In this document: positions 1-9,927 of the stretch, piece by piece
Position numbering within the stretch: the stretch's first letter is position 1
Layout of the letters: each line of letters opens with the position of its first letter
Virus record (IMG/VR): IMGVR_UViG_3300033075_001228
Direction: 5' to 3' (one strand)
Source of the DNA: a virus
Taxonomy: Duplodnaviria > Caudoviricetes
DNA length: 64,000 nucleotides
Notes under the pieces: generated by a model
Database searches by the model: none
Seen by the model: the letters and a program-made list of their open reading frames with translations, nothing else
What the model was told of the DNA's origin: nothing
Position numbers and translations under genes: made by a program

Positions 1-118
1 AATCAGACCCAAGCCTCAATGGCGTCTTGATGCCGATCGGCACAGCTGACTTTGTTAGTGTTTCAACCAGCTGCTGTTCCTGTGTCAGTCCTGAGCTTTT
101 GAAGCTATACGCGCCCAT
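1..118 (-). CDS. Partial CDS (5' end), probable gp25-like baseplate wedge protein
   Basis: ATG at 118 overlaps the upstream TAA (TAATG). Reads MGAYSFKSSG...PIGIKTPLRLG and runs off the window. Product inferred from baseplate context. Confidence 0.45.
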   Translation of the reverse strand, partial: MGAYSFKSSGLTQEQQLVETLTKSAVPIGIKTPLRLGSD

Positions 119-1794
119 TACGTTGTGCTGTCCTCTTCTTGAAAGCCAGACCCTGGCCCATCGTTTGCAACCTGTGTGTTAAGCTCGCCGTTTGGTTTGC
201 TCATGTCACTACCCGTGCTGTCAGTACATAGTTTTTCGCCATCAATTAAAGCCAACACAGTGCGGCCAGCTATGATCACCTCATTGTTAGATCCAAGGTA
301 CATGCTGTAATTTCCAGAACCCTTTGGGACAGTCTTTGAGTTTGAATACGTTTTTTTCTTGACTGCAGTCGGCTTGTTGCCGTTGCCAGAGTCTGGCTGT
401 CCTCCCTCGATCGTGGTCATCATCAACGTTCCTGGGATGTAGTCCTCTACCAGCACGATGACGTGTTCCTTTCCCGGAGTTCCTCGTACCTCAACAATGA
501 TGATGTCTCCCCTTTTTAGGGCGGGTAGGTCGCCTGTTTTGTATGGTATGATGGCGTTTTTTGCCTTAGCTGCGTAGTAGATGCCAGCGATAGCAGAGCC
601 AATCTTGTAGCGATCAAGAAAAAAGTCATAGTAAAGGTTGACGCTAGGGTCTTGTTTGCTGGTGTCCACCTTTGAGTTCATGACATAGCTTGCGCCACCG
701 TTTGCAAGGCAGGCCCTTGCGACAAGGCCGCACGAAGAAGCCTCTTTTAGGATTGCTAACGTTTTTGCCTTTCCGATTGCCCTAAGGTCCGCTTGTGGGC
801 CTTTTGCTGGCTCTGGGTATTCGACAGGCAAAAGGTGAGATGCGTAGATGTCCTGTTTTTCCTCGCCTTGACCGTAGCCAGTGTCTTCTAGCTCTAAGGC
901 ATATGAAACGATCTGATCGCGAGGTGTTAGCGGCGGTTCTTCCTCTTCGTCTTCTTCAGGTGAATACCCCAAAAACCTGCCGATCCCACCCGTTATCCCG
1001 CCTGAAGCAGAACCCATTGTAGTTCCGACGGCGGCGATGAAGACCATCTCAACGACCTTTGTCGTTAGCACCTTGGTCGCAACGATCTGCACGATTGACT
1101 CAGGCTTGATGTTTCCGAAAACGTTTGATGAAAACGCAAGTTCGCAGACTGCCTTAAACAGCTCTGGAAGGACGGGTAGCTTTAGCGCTAGCTTTGGCAT
1201 CTGGCCGACGAGGTTGACCAACAGCTTGGGAATTCCTATTGAATAGGCTAGCGAAAAATCGAACAATGTTGAAAAGTCAGGCGCCTTGATGTTTGGCGGG
1301 ACCTCAAACTTTGGCAAAGGAGGCGGTACTGACGGGATGCTAGGAAACTTTGCGACAAGTTTTGGTGGTGGCATCACCTTCAGCTTGACAGCTAGCAACG
1401 GAGGGTTTGGGATCGTGTAAGGTATGAAGCCTTTTGGAAAGCTTACCTTGATCTTGACGTTTAGCTTAGCCCCTAACGCAACTGGGTCACAGATCGGAAG
1501 AAGCTTGAAGTCTGACTTGAGATTTAACGAACACGCAATCTTTTCATATGCGCCGAGTATGTTCTTGTGGAAATCAGGAAACTTTGCCTCGTTTTCAAGG
1601 TCAAGCTGCGCAGCAAACGGGTTTGGAGGGACTGGATCGCCGCAGGGAAACAGCAGCGGGACGGGTAGGTTGTTTGTTCCAAACGTTAGTTCATCCTTCA
1701 CTGCCTGGATGAACTTCTTCTTTGCCTTAGGAGTGAGCTTGCACTTATCGTCAATTATGCCTGCGTCTACTAGGCAGCCGGGTCCATCAGCCAT
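118..1794 (-). CDS. Virion/baseplate protein with Pro-rich N-terminal half and C-terminal CHAP/NlpC-P60-like amidase domain
   Basis: 558 aa ORF. SSCGLVARAC (catalytic Cys), LKRGDIIIV, EHVIVLVE (His) and TIEGG match CHAP motif order. Confidence 0.6.
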   Translation of the reverse strand: MADGPGCLVDAGIIDDKCKLTPKAKKKFIQAVKDELTFGTNNLPVPLLFPCGDPVPPNPFAAQLDLENEAKFPDFHKNILGAYEKIACSLNLKSDFKLLPICDPVALGAKLNVKIKVSFPKGFIPYTIPNPPLLAVKLKVMPPPKLVAKFPSIPSVPPPLPKFEVPPNIKAPDFSTLFDFSLAYSIGIPKLLVNLVGQMPKLALKLPVLPELFKAVCELAFSSNVFGNIKPESIVQIVATKVLTTKVVEMVFIAAVGTTMGSASGGITGGIGRFLGYSPEEDEEEEPPLTPRDQIVSYALELEDTGYGQGEEKQDIYASHLLPVEYPEPAKGPQADLRAIGKAKTLAILKEASSCGLVARACLANGGASYVMNSKVDTSKQDPSVNLYYDFFLDRYKIGSAIAGIYYAAKAKNAIIPYKTGDLPALKRGDIIIVEVRGTPGKEHVIVLVEDYIPGTLMMTTIEGGQPDSGNGNKPTAVKKKTYSNSKTVPKGSGNYSMYLGSNNEVIIAGRTVLALIDGEKLCTDSTGSDMSKPNGELNTQVANDGPGSGFQEEDSTT

Positions 1795-1864
1795 TGTCGT
1801 TTAACCTTTCGTGAGGAACGTTTCAAGGCTAGCAGCCGTCAACGCAATGATCTTTTGTTGAGCG

Positions 1865-2206
1865 TTACTTGCTTTTGAACCGGATCCTGCCCAGCGGCCG
1901 TTCCTGATGCCGTGCTGCGCGCTTTCGCATTGGGCTGTCTTCGACAACGGTTGGCTTAACGCGGTTATAGCGGCCTTCTGAGATGAGGATGTTGTCCATG
2001 AACTTGTCAAAGTAGTTGACGTTTTCTCCCATTTGACGGGCGGGCGGCTCAGTGTCAGCGGTCCCGCCATCCGTTGCCTCTAACTCTATCTCTTCTGCAC
2101 AAGCAGGGCACAATAAACCCATCTCTTCCATGTCAAGCAGCTCGAATTCGGGCGTTTCTTCACCGCACATGTCACAAGTGTCGTGCATAGCAAACTCCAA
2201 TGTCAT
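1865..2206 (-). CDS. Hypothetical protein with N-terminal Zn-ribbon (CxxC...CxxC)
   Basis: 113 aa ORF with CDMC and CPAC. Confidence 0.6.
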   Translation of the reverse strand: MTLEFAMHDTCDMCGEETPEFELLDMEEMGLLCPACAEEIELEATDGGTADTEPPARQMGENVNYFDKFMDNILISEGRYNRVKPTVVEDSPMRKRAARHQERPLGRIRFKSK

Positions 2207-2297
2207 AAATAAGTCTTTAGCAAAGCGTTTTGAAACAAATAATCGACGTATTGTCTACGCGTCAAGACACGCGAGCGCCTATACACGTTGTAACGTA

Positions 2298-3842
2298 TCA
2301 CTTGATCAACACTTTTGCCGCAAAAACACCTTGGCCAGCTGATAATGCTGGTCCGTTCGCGTTTGGTCCGTTCGTTTTTGCGCCTGCAATTTGACCACCC
2401 ATCGTTGTTGTTAACGGCGCACCTGTGATAATTCCTTCAGAGGCCACCGCAGGGATATCACCGCACAACACAGGTCGATCTGCGTCATCGCCACCTAGCT
2501 TTATGTAGCCTTTCTTTGCAGGCTTGAAGACGATGTCTCCGTTGGACTTGATGGCAATCACTGCATAGTCATCTAACGAGTTAGACTCCACGATGTTGCC
2601 TTTTGCATCACGCGGCAAGACACCTGTGACAATGATCTCTAGATCGGCCCTTGCGATCAAACGAACCTTGTCAGACTTGATGACAACCGCGCCGTCGCCT
2701 GCCTGTGAGTCCTGAATGTCCTTTTGCTTTGGATCGCCTCCTTGGATAGGCCCGGTCCCAAGGCCTACGTTTAAGGCGCCTATGCCTAGGTTTGCGTCAA
2801 CACGCGTTCGTTGCGCTATGTAGATGCGGCTCCGGTCGTTTAAAAAATCAGGGTCACCTTCGCCCGGGACTAGCTCGTTGGCGGACTTTCCGATCTCCTT
2901 GAAGCCTGTCAGCTGACCGGCTATCGTGTGGCTCTCAACCTCTTTTCCTAGCGTCTTGTTTGCCTGCCCACGACCAGCAACGATATCGATTGCACCTGCG
3001 CCCGGGCCTTGGGCGTCTGCTGCAGGGACCGAGTCAACAACCAACGTTTTTAGCGTCTGGTCTGTTTTGTACTGGGCAGCTGCCCCCGTTCTATCTCGGC
3101 CGAGCACCAACAGGGTATTGTTGGTTCCTTCTATCGAAATATCTCCGGGCCTCTTGCGGTACCTAGGAACAGGCTCTAGCACCCCGAGCCGGCCACCGTC
3201 TGTGTCGGTGAGCAGGCGTTCATATGCATCCTCATCGCCTGATAACGTTGCTGTTTCTGCGATTGTGTAGCGGCCGTCGGCTCGTTCATCTGCCCTGCCG
3301 TTACGAAACTCGTAACGAGGAACGTCTGTTCCGTTAAACTGGTCAACGATTCCAGGGTTAAAGCTTGGGTCTAGACCCCTTGGCGGGTGTGTGTGGTTTA
3401 CGTCTTCAACAAAACCAGGCTCAACGATCCTGCAAATCCAGTATCCTAGATCGTTTTTGGTACCGCTAGGATTTTCAAACATGACCCAGACATGCTCACC
3501 CGGTTGGCACGGCAACGAGATCGCTGGCGGCAGCAACGGGAACAAGAACATTGCTGGGTTAGCAGCAGCTGTTCCAGGCGTTAGGACGCGACGTCCGATG
3601 ATCGTGTTTCTCGGTAACACACCTGCAAGGTGAATGTTTGAAACGCCAAGCGAGTGTTCAAAATGCGCAACCTTGTTTTGGTCGATGATTGTGGGGTCAA
3701 AGATCGTTTCTAGGACAACGAAACGATACAAAAGAGGAACATCACCCCTGGCTCCGTGTTCATACGCAGCACGCTGCTTTTGGATCTCTAATGCATTGCC
3801 CTCAGCAAGGTATTTTGCTGGCTTAAAGTGCTGGTTTGTCAT
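2298..3842 (-). CDS. gp5/VgrG-like baseplate hub/spike protein
   Basis: 514 aa. OB-fold-like PCQPGEHVWVMFE..GYW, then PGDISIEGTNN and VVIKSDKVRLIAR beta-helix-like segments. Baseplate context. Confidence 0.55.
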   Translation of the reverse strand: MTNQHFKPAKYLAEGNALEIQKQRAAYEHGARGDVPLLYRFVVLETIFDPTIIDQNKVAHFEHSLGVSNIHLAGVLPRNTIIGRRVLTPGTAAANPAMFLFPLLPPAISLPCQPGEHVWVMFENPSGTKNDLGYWICRIVEPGFVEDVNHTHPPRGLDPSFNPGIVDQFNGTDVPRYEFRNGRADERADGRYTIAETATLSGDEDAYERLLTDTDGGRLGVLEPVPRYRKRPGDISIEGTNNTLLVLGRDRTGAAAQYKTDQTLKTLVVDSVPAADAQGPGAGAIDIVAGRGQANKTLGKEVESHTIAGQLTGFKEIGKSANELVPGEGDPDFLNDRSRIYIAQRTRVDANLGIGALNVGLGTGPIQGGDPKQKDIQDSQAGDGAVVIKSDKVRLIARADLEIIVTGVLPRDAKGNIVESNSLDDYAVIAIKSNGDIVFKPAKKGYIKLGGDDADRPVLCGDIPAVASEGIITGAPLTTTMGGQIAGAKTNGPNANGPALSAGQGVFAAKVLIK

Positions 3843-3851
3843 CTTTTTGGG

Positions 3852-4241
3852 TCAGTGTTTTTGGCTGTTGATGCGGTTGAACATGTCCTCCGGATCTATT
3901 TCATCGTTTGTTTTGTCAGCCTTATCGATGAGTTCAGCTAGCTTGATGAGCTGATCGTTAGCCTTGCTCATCTTTTCAATGTAGGTTGCGATCGTTTTTC
4001 CATGAACTGCGTGTTCTGTGCTTTTGTCCTTGGCAATGCCAACAAGCCTTGCAAACATGACGTATGCATTCTGCCTATCAGAGATAGCATTTTCATAGAT
4101 CTCACGCCAAAGCTGTTTCTTTTTGTCGGTCAACGACTCAATCTGCTCAAGCAGCTTGCCAAAGTCACGGATCTTTTCCTCAGCAGCGCGCGTGTCTGCT
4201 TCGATCAAGCCTTCTTGCGTATTGTCGTTTTGTTCAGCCAT
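3852..4241 (-). CDS. Hypothetical helical phage protein
   Basis: 129 aa ORF, tightly packed in the operon. Confidence 0.7.
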   Translation of the reverse strand: MAEQNDNTQEGLIEADTRAAEEKIRDFGKLLEQIESLTDKKKQLWREIYENAISDRQNAYVMFARLVGIAKDKSTEHAVHGKTIATYIEKMSKANDQLIKLAELIDKADKTNDEIDPEDMFNRINSQKH

Positions 4242-4262
4242 GGTTTGCCTTTGGTTAAGCGA

Positions 4263-5060
4263 TCAGAACAGGCGAAATTTGTCATTCTTGATGTGCTTGT
4301 AGTGTTTTTTGACGACCTGCATCGTAGTCGTCAGCTGCTTTGGGCTTAAGCCAGACAGCTCCCTGACGTATAGAAGAATTGCGCTTTTGTTGAGAAGATC
4401 GATGTCATCGATGTTCTCAAAGACAGTGATGATTGAGTTGATGCAAGCAAGCTCGTTTTCTGACTTAACTTTGTTACGTATCTCGTAGAGCATGGTCACA
4501 ATGCTCTTTGCTGAATTTTCGTTGATGATCGTTTCATCTTGGGCAGGAACATGGTAGTAGTCATCAATGATTCGTTGTTCGTTTGCCGACAACGACTCCG
4601 GATCGTCAAGGCTGACACTACGTTTGACGCGTTGTGACTTTTGCTTTGTCTTGATGATCAGCCAGTTTTTTGCAACAACGTTGAAGTATGAAAAAGCGTT
4701 GGTTCCGCGCGTCGCATCAAACTTGCCGATTGTCTCAAACAAAAAGTTGACGCAATCGTTTTTAAGATCATCATACGTATCATGAAGGCTTGTGAACTTA
4801 TGGATGTTGATGAGATTTTCAACAAGCTTTTCAAAGGCAGGCATGATGTCTTTTACGTACAGCCTGTCTTTTTCCTTTTTGTCAGTTGCCTGCTGATGCG
4901 CAACGATGGCAGCCTGTGTACCTGCGTTGAAATACATTCGAAGCGCTTTGGCTGCTTTTGCGGCTTCTTCCTTTTTCTCGGGGCTAAGCTCCTCTTCCTT
5001 TGGCTTGCTTAATTTAGGCATTTGAGGAAGGGCCGTCGGCGGCCGAGACGAAGGCTTCAT
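4263..5060 (-). CDS. Phage RNA polymerase sigma factor, T4 gp55-like (late transcription)
   Basis: DLKNDCVNFLFETIGKFDATRGTNAFSYFNVVAKNWL is a sigma region 2-like motif. Start placed at ATG 5060, just after the upstream stop. Confidence 0.75.
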   Translation of the reverse strand: MKPSSRPPTALPQMPKLSKPKEEELSPEKKEEAAKAAKALRMYFNAGTQAAIVAHQQATDKKEKDRLYVKDIMPAFEKLVENLINIHKFTSLHDTYDDLKNDCVNFLFETIGKFDATRGTNAFSYFNVVAKNWLIIKTKQKSQRVKRSVSLDDPESLSANEQRIIDDYYHVPAQDETIINENSAKSIVTMLYEIRNKVKSENELACINSIITVFENIDDIDLLNKSAILLYVRELSGLSPKQLTTTMQVVKKHYKHIKNDKFRLF

Positions 5061-5061
5061 G

Positions 5062-5370
5062 TTATTCTTCTTTGTCATCCTCATCCATACTATCAACGAT
5101 TTTGTTTGCAATCAACAAGATAGCGTGTTTTGTGTATTTCACATCGTTCAACAGCTGCTGAATCAACGGATCGTCGCTAGCAACAGGCGTTTCCGCAATG
5201 CGTGAAATACGACCGTAGCAATCGTTCAGTATGTCTAACGACTCATCAATGCGTTCTCCCAGGGCATCTTGAAGCTCTAGAAGCTTTGACGTGCGCAACA
5301 CGCTCGCCACCAAAGCAACAGTTGCTAAGGCTGCGTAAGAAACGACAGCTATAAAAACATAGAACAGCAT
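5062..5370 (-). CDS. Hypothetical membrane-anchored protein
   Basis: 102 aa with an N-terminal hydrophobic helix. Confidence 0.7.
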   Translation of the reverse strand: MLFYVFIAVVSYAALATVALVASVLRTSKLLELQDALGERIDESLDILNDCYGRISRIAETPVASDDPLIQQLLNDVKYTKHAILLIANKIVDSMDEDDKEE

Positions 5371-6554
5371 CAGATGACACCGTTTAACGCAACATCATAT
5401 GCGTTGCTTATGCTCTCGAAGCTGTAACGTTCAAGTATCTTTTTTTGCAGATTAGCTGCCCACTCTTTTGGCGTCGCCGGGCTTTGACGAAACTTCGCGA
5501 TACGACGCTTAAAGTCTTCCTCGTTTGGGGTTGCCCACCTAGCACCCTTGATGAAAATCCGGTTGTCAACCCTAGACGGATGAATGGCGTTCAACTGGTA
5601 GGATACATTAACAAACTTTCCTTCGTTAAGGAAATCTAGGTGCCCTGACCACCCAGTGGCGACGACTGGCAGGCCGCTTGCCGCTGCTTCTAAGGTAGGA
5701 AGGCCGTAACCTTCGCCTCGCGTCAATGACACCAATGCTTTGATCTGTGGGTGTCGATACAACGCTGCCACCTCATCATCATGCATGTCTCCGTGCATGA
5801 GGTACAGCCTTGGACCTGGACCTTTTCTGACCTCAAACAAAAGCTGTTTAAGCAGGTTTGTGACAAGGCTACGATCGATCGTTGTGTTACGACCGATGTT
5901 TGTCTTAAGAACGATGCCGACGTCAGGGTCATCAGCAAACGTTTCGCACAGCCATTTGATGGTGTAAAAGATGTTTTTGCGATCGTTCTCTGCGTTGTTT
6001 CCAGTCAACTGGCCAAAGATCAAAAAGTTGAATGACGTCTGAAACTCTGGCAGGGTGGGCAACTCTTTGGCATTGATTGCGTCTGAATATGACTCCGGGA
6101 CGACAAGGATTTGACGTGTCACGTTTCCGCTGCTTGCGAGGCATTGCTTGGCGTGGCTCGACGGGACGACGACCAGGTCCATTGCGTTACATGCGGTGAC
6201 CCAATCAGGGTGACACCTGTCAGTCTCAACGGCTGCCGTGATGCCAACGTTACGCTTTGCGAGCTTTGGGTCCCATTCATTAGGAAGCTGAAGCTGAACT
6301 GACACGTCTGCGTCGGCGGCTAGCTCTTGGCTGACTGACCTTTGCATGACCCTTTCAGCAAATCCACCACCAAAGTCCTTGTTGATGATCCAGGGTGTGT
6401 CGCCCCATGGCGTCAAAACAAACTTGACATCAATGCCAGGTTTGTTTAGCAACCAACGTGCAACCTGCCTAGCGTGTACGCCATACCCTGACTGCGTCAA
6501 AATGGGACCGCGCATCACAACAGTCTTTAACGGTTTTGCGACTTCAATGCTCAT
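5370..6554 (-). CDS. GT4-family (GT-B) glycosyltransferase
   Basis: SGYG N-terminal motif and RGEGYGLPTLEAAASGLPVVAT. Confidence 0.9.
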   Translation of the reverse strand: MSIEVAKPLKTVVMRGPILTQSGYGVHARQVARWLLNKPGIDVKFVLTPWGDTPWIINKDFGGGFAERVMQRSVSQELAADADVSVQLQLPNEWDPKLAKRNVGITAAVETDRCHPDWVTACNAMDLVVVPSSHAKQCLASSGNVTRQILVVPESYSDAINAKELPTLPEFQTSFNFLIFGQLTGNNAENDRKNIFYTIKWLCETFADDPDVGIVLKTNIGRNTTIDRSLVTNLLKQLLFEVRKGPGPRLYLMHGDMHDDEVAALYRHPQIKALVSLTRGEGYGLPTLEAAASGLPVVATGWSGHLDFLNEGKFVNVSYQLNAIHPSRVDNRIFIKGARWATPNEEDFKRRIAKFRQSPATPKEWAANLQKKILERYSFESISNAYDVALNGVI

Positions 6555-8962
6555 AGATCAACCTTCATCCAACGCTTACGTTTATCCTGCCACGTGTTGA
6601 ACATGTTTGTCAACGACTTGTCCCAATCGTTTATCAGCGAGTCAAGGTTATAGTCTTTCCTTGCGTGAGCTAGCGCCCTTTTTCCGAGCTCGGCGCGTTT
6701 CTCAGGGCCAAACTCATACATCTTCATGAATGCGTTTGTCAACGTTTCATGTGAAATGAAGTCTTCATAGATGTACGGCACAAGCTGGTTGCCTACTAGC
6801 GTTTTCACCTCTGGATCTAGCGCAATGCCGTATTGCTCACCCGTTTCATGGTCTTCGACCTGACGAGTTAGGCCGCCTGTTTTGATCGCAATGATCGGCT
6901 TTGCTGCCATCATGGCCTCCAACGTGCCCAAACCGAAGCCTTCATTGCAGTTGAAAACTGTAACATTTTCAACAACATATGTGTGGTCCTCTTCTACTGT
7001 CAAGTTGTAAACTGGATCATGAAACTCGATCTCTTCGAGCGAACTGATCCTCGACACTGTCACGCCGTCGTGGGTCCAGGACCTGCACGATGCGTTGAAC
7101 GCATGACCGTTGTCCTTCACGTCGTTCCACTCGATCGTCCAGATCTTTCCATTCTTGTTATAGCCGTGTGAGTTGTCGGTCAGGTGTACGCGTGGTACGA
7201 CGCCGAGGTCGATCAGCAAGTCCCTGAGCTGCATCGCGAGCCTATTCGACACGGTTCTGCATCTCCGCAACGGCGACGTGCGCGAGAGCTTGTCCTTCAT
7301 GTAACACCCGTCAGCCGCAACGTAGCCCTTCAAAAAAGCACGCTTTACCTCGCGTGACGCGTTCATTACATCCTCAGGAATGTGTTTCCCACAGCTGTAC
7401 TCACCACACATGTGTTTGAAAAAGCTTGCGATTACTGGACTATTGTGTGTTGTAACATCGATATGACGAGTTCGTTCACGAATCAATCGTTTCAAACCAA
7501 ATGTTCGTTCCAACACTGCCGCGTAGGTTTCAATTTTTTCAACGTCTTTCTTGTTGAATGAAACAGTTGCAGCATTTGTACAGCCGTCACCCACAAACTC
7601 TCCCAATACATACGCAAGATCCTCGTCTAACGTAACGAAACGTTTTCCATGATCATAATCGTTTCGCATGTTGTGTGTCGAACGAAGACGTTCTCCATCT
7701 ATCGAGATAAAGTGTGTGAGCCCACCCGATTTTGCATACTCAAACATGTCGTACACGATCTCTTGTGTTTCTTGACGTTCAAGACCGTATCGAACGACGT
7801 AATCGCCAGTAACGAGATCGGAAATTGGAGTCCCGTTGGCTCGTTCACAGAAGTCCTTCAAATTTTCGTTGATCAAGTAACCCTTTGGCAGCGAAGCTTT
7901 CTTGATCGCCATGACCTTGTGATTTCCCGTTACGACGATAGGATCCATTCCAACAGCGCGAAGCCTGAATGCTTTTCCAGGAGGTGGGTTGACGATCGTT
8001 TGGACGACCGGTCTAAACCTCCGCATGTGTGTCAGGACTTCGTCTCCGACCTTCACGTCTTCAATGTTCTTATACCCATCCTTCGTTGTCACCTTTGTCC
8101 CAGCGGCGAAGCATGATCTATTGACCACAGTGTCAGAAACGTTATACAACACGTTCATGTCAGCAAAGCCGATCCTGTCGCGAGAAAACACCACATTGTT
8201 GCGAAGATGCAACATGTCGATGACATGGTGTAGGTTGGGTCCCTCAGGGTCCATTGGGTCAGTGTGCATGATCATTGTTGACCGTTTGTGACCGTGCTTG
8301 GACTCAAGCTGCTCCAGAAACTGGCTGAATGAAACGATGATGTCGTTTGGCATCTTTCGACGAGCATTTCTGCTAACATACGTGACGACAAAATGGTCTG
8401 TCTTGTCACGGCCCAAAATTTGGGCCTTACATCTTGCGATGTCGTCAGCCTTCATTGGAAAGAAAAGCTCTGCTGGAACCGCGTGAGGGATGTAGTTTGT
8501 CTTTTCTGGGAACCTTTTGCTGACCATTTCATAGGTCGGGTAGTTGATGCAGTTTATGAGATCGGTGGCTTCATACAACACCCTGTTAAACTCTGGCCAT
8601 GGTGGGTTGTCCCACAAATGGTTGTACGCGATTGGACACACTGTGTGAACCTCGTCCTCCATTTCCCACACCCAAATGAAAAACCGAGGATCCGTGAACA
8701 ACAGCAACGCGTCAGGCTTTTCTTGGGCAAGAAGCTTTCTAAGCATGTTCTTGTCGCCAAACCCGTCCATCGGTTTGATGACAAAATCTGGATTGACTGT
8801 GATGATGCTGTAATCATCGTGTCTAACGGCGCCGCCGATCACCCTAAACGAGTACTTTCCAGTTGCTACCAACCCGTTGATCAGGTAACGTGCCTGGGTC
8901 CCAACCCCCGACGTAGATAGGGGATGGTCAGACAACATCAAAATCTTTTTCTTGTCAACCAC
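6551..8962 (-). CDS. GT4-family glycosyltransferase interrupted by an intein
   Basis: SDHPLSTSGVG and RNARRK motifs. The spliced extein reads NRS|CNEGFGLGTLEAM. Confidence 0.9.
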   Translation of the reverse strand: MVDKKKILMLSDHPLSTSGVGTQARYLINGLVATGKYSFRVIGGAVRHDDYSIITVNPDFVIKPMDGFGDKNMLRKLLAQEKPDALLLFTDPRFFIWVWEMEDEVHTVCPIAYNHLWDNPPWPEFNRVLYEATDLINCINYPTYEMVSKRFPEKTNYIPHAVPAELFFPMKADDIARCKAQILGRDKTDHFVVTYVSRNARRKMPNDIIVSFSQFLEQLESKHGHKRSTMIMHTDPMDPEGPNLHHVIDMLHLRNNVVFSRDRIGFADMNVLYNVSDTVVNRSCFAAGTKVTTKDGYKNIEDVKVGDEVLTHMRRFRPVVQTIVNPPPGKAFRLRAVGMDPIVVTGNHKVMAIKKASLPKGYLINENLKDFCERANGTPISDLVTGDYVVRYGLERQETQEIVYDMFEYAKSGGLTHFISIDGERLRSTHNMRNDYDHGKRFVTLDEDLAYVLGEFVGDGCTNAATVSFNKKDVEKIETYAAVLERTFGLKRLIRERTRHIDVTTHNSPVIASFFKHMCGEYSCGKHIPEDVMNASREVKRAFLKGYVAADGCYMKDKLSRTSPLRRCRTVSNRLAMQLRDLLIDLGVVPRVHLTDNSHGYNKNGKIWTIEWNDVKDNGHAFNASCRSWTHDGVTVSRISSLEEIEFHDPVYNLTVEEDHTYVVENVTVFNCNEGFGLGTLEAMMAAKPIIAIKTGGLTRQVEDHETGEQYGIALDPEVKTLVGNQLVPYIYEDFISHETLTNAFMKMYEFGPEKRAELGKRALAHARKDYNLDSLINDWDKSLTNMFNTWQDKRKRWMKVDL
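6950..8113 (-). mobile_element. Intein (388 aa) with LAGLIDADG homing endonuclease
   Basis: Begins CFAAGTKV. Block B VTGNH, LAGLIDADG motifs LGEFVGDG and LKGYVAADG, block F VYNLTVEEDHTY. Ends VFN followed by Cys+1. Confidence 0.93.
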
Positions 8963-9060
8963 TTATACACCTTTATCACGCTTAGAGTCTAACGAACTGT
9001 CGCGCTTGCTGTAACAATACTCACTCTGGCGCACCAGGGTGAAAACAAAATTCGTTGGCA

Positions 9061-9927
9061 TCAAAGGCAATGGGGCGTGTCTTTGTAGTCACAAAACGTA
9101 CAAGACGTTCTGTTTTTCACAGCCAGGCCTTTGTTCACGCTATGCAGCATGTTGTTGATCACCTTGAGCGATCTTCCGGTCGTCACGTCACCGACTGACG
9201 TAGTAACCAGTTCGCAGTGGGCGCCAGGTTTAGCAGTCCTTTTCAGGAGGATGAAACCGCACCTGACGTCCTTGGGATCGGTGCCTGTCTTGGCTGACCA
9301 AAAGTTCTTGTAGAGCACCAACTGGGCCCGGACCATGTCGTCGGACTTTTTGTCAGCGGTCCAACCCCAAGATGTCGTTTTGAAGTCAAGGAGCCATGTC
9401 AGCTCTTTGTTCCGTGGACCAGGTGCGGCGATGATGCAATCGATGAAACCTTTGAATGCATGAGGATGATTTTCGATTCTCTCATAGAGGTAGTGTTCAG
9501 CGTCGATGAACCTCCACCCAGGAAACTGTTCATCCAACCAACCCGGTACTTCCTGCAGGATTGCTAAACCCTCGATCTTAAATTGATCGAACGCTGCTGA
9601 GGTGAAGCTTTCCGGATTTTCCGGCTTGTGTTCAAGCCAAAGTTCAGTTAGCTTGTTGGTGAACACATCAACATTCATGGTTCGAGTCTTGAGGAAGTGT
9701 TCACATGCGCTGTGCATAGCAGTACCAAAATCCATGTGAACACCAGGGATCTGTCGACCAACTTTATTGATGAATTGCAGCTTGTGACGATAACTGCACT
9801 CTTTCCAAACCCTGATCTCACTGAAGCTGATGTGGGGTTTTCCAGTTGGTAGATTAATCAGGTCAATAACCCCCAACTGATCAGGCTCGATTTTGTCACT
9901 ATCCTCAAGGTTATCGTTGGGTTGCAT
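9061..9927 (-). CDS. Cas4/RecB-like PD-(D/E)XK exonuclease with Fe-S cysteines
   Basis: HISFSE..C, FGTAMH, GFID..LLDFKT, QL.LY and a C-terminal CTFC...C. Confidence 0.85.
   Translation of the reverse strand: MQPNDNLEDSDKIEPDQLGVIDLINLPTGKPHISFSEIRVWKECSYRHKLQFINKVGRQIPGVHMDFGTAMHSACEHFLKTRTMNVDVFTNKLTELWLEHKPENPESFTSAAFDQFKIEGLAILQEVPGWLDEQFPGWRFIDAEHYLYERIENHPHAFKGFIDCIIAAPGPRNKELTWLLDFKTTSWGWTADKKSDDMVRAQLVLYKNFWSAKTGTDPKDVRCGFILLKRTAKPGAHCELVTTSVGDVTTGRSLKVINNMLHSVNKGLAVKNRTSCTFCDYKDTPHCL

Noticed and set aside
9061-9927. CRISPR-Cas locus around the Cas4-like gene
   Set aside because: No repeat-spacer array or other cas genes are visible. Solo Cas4-like nucleases are common in phages.
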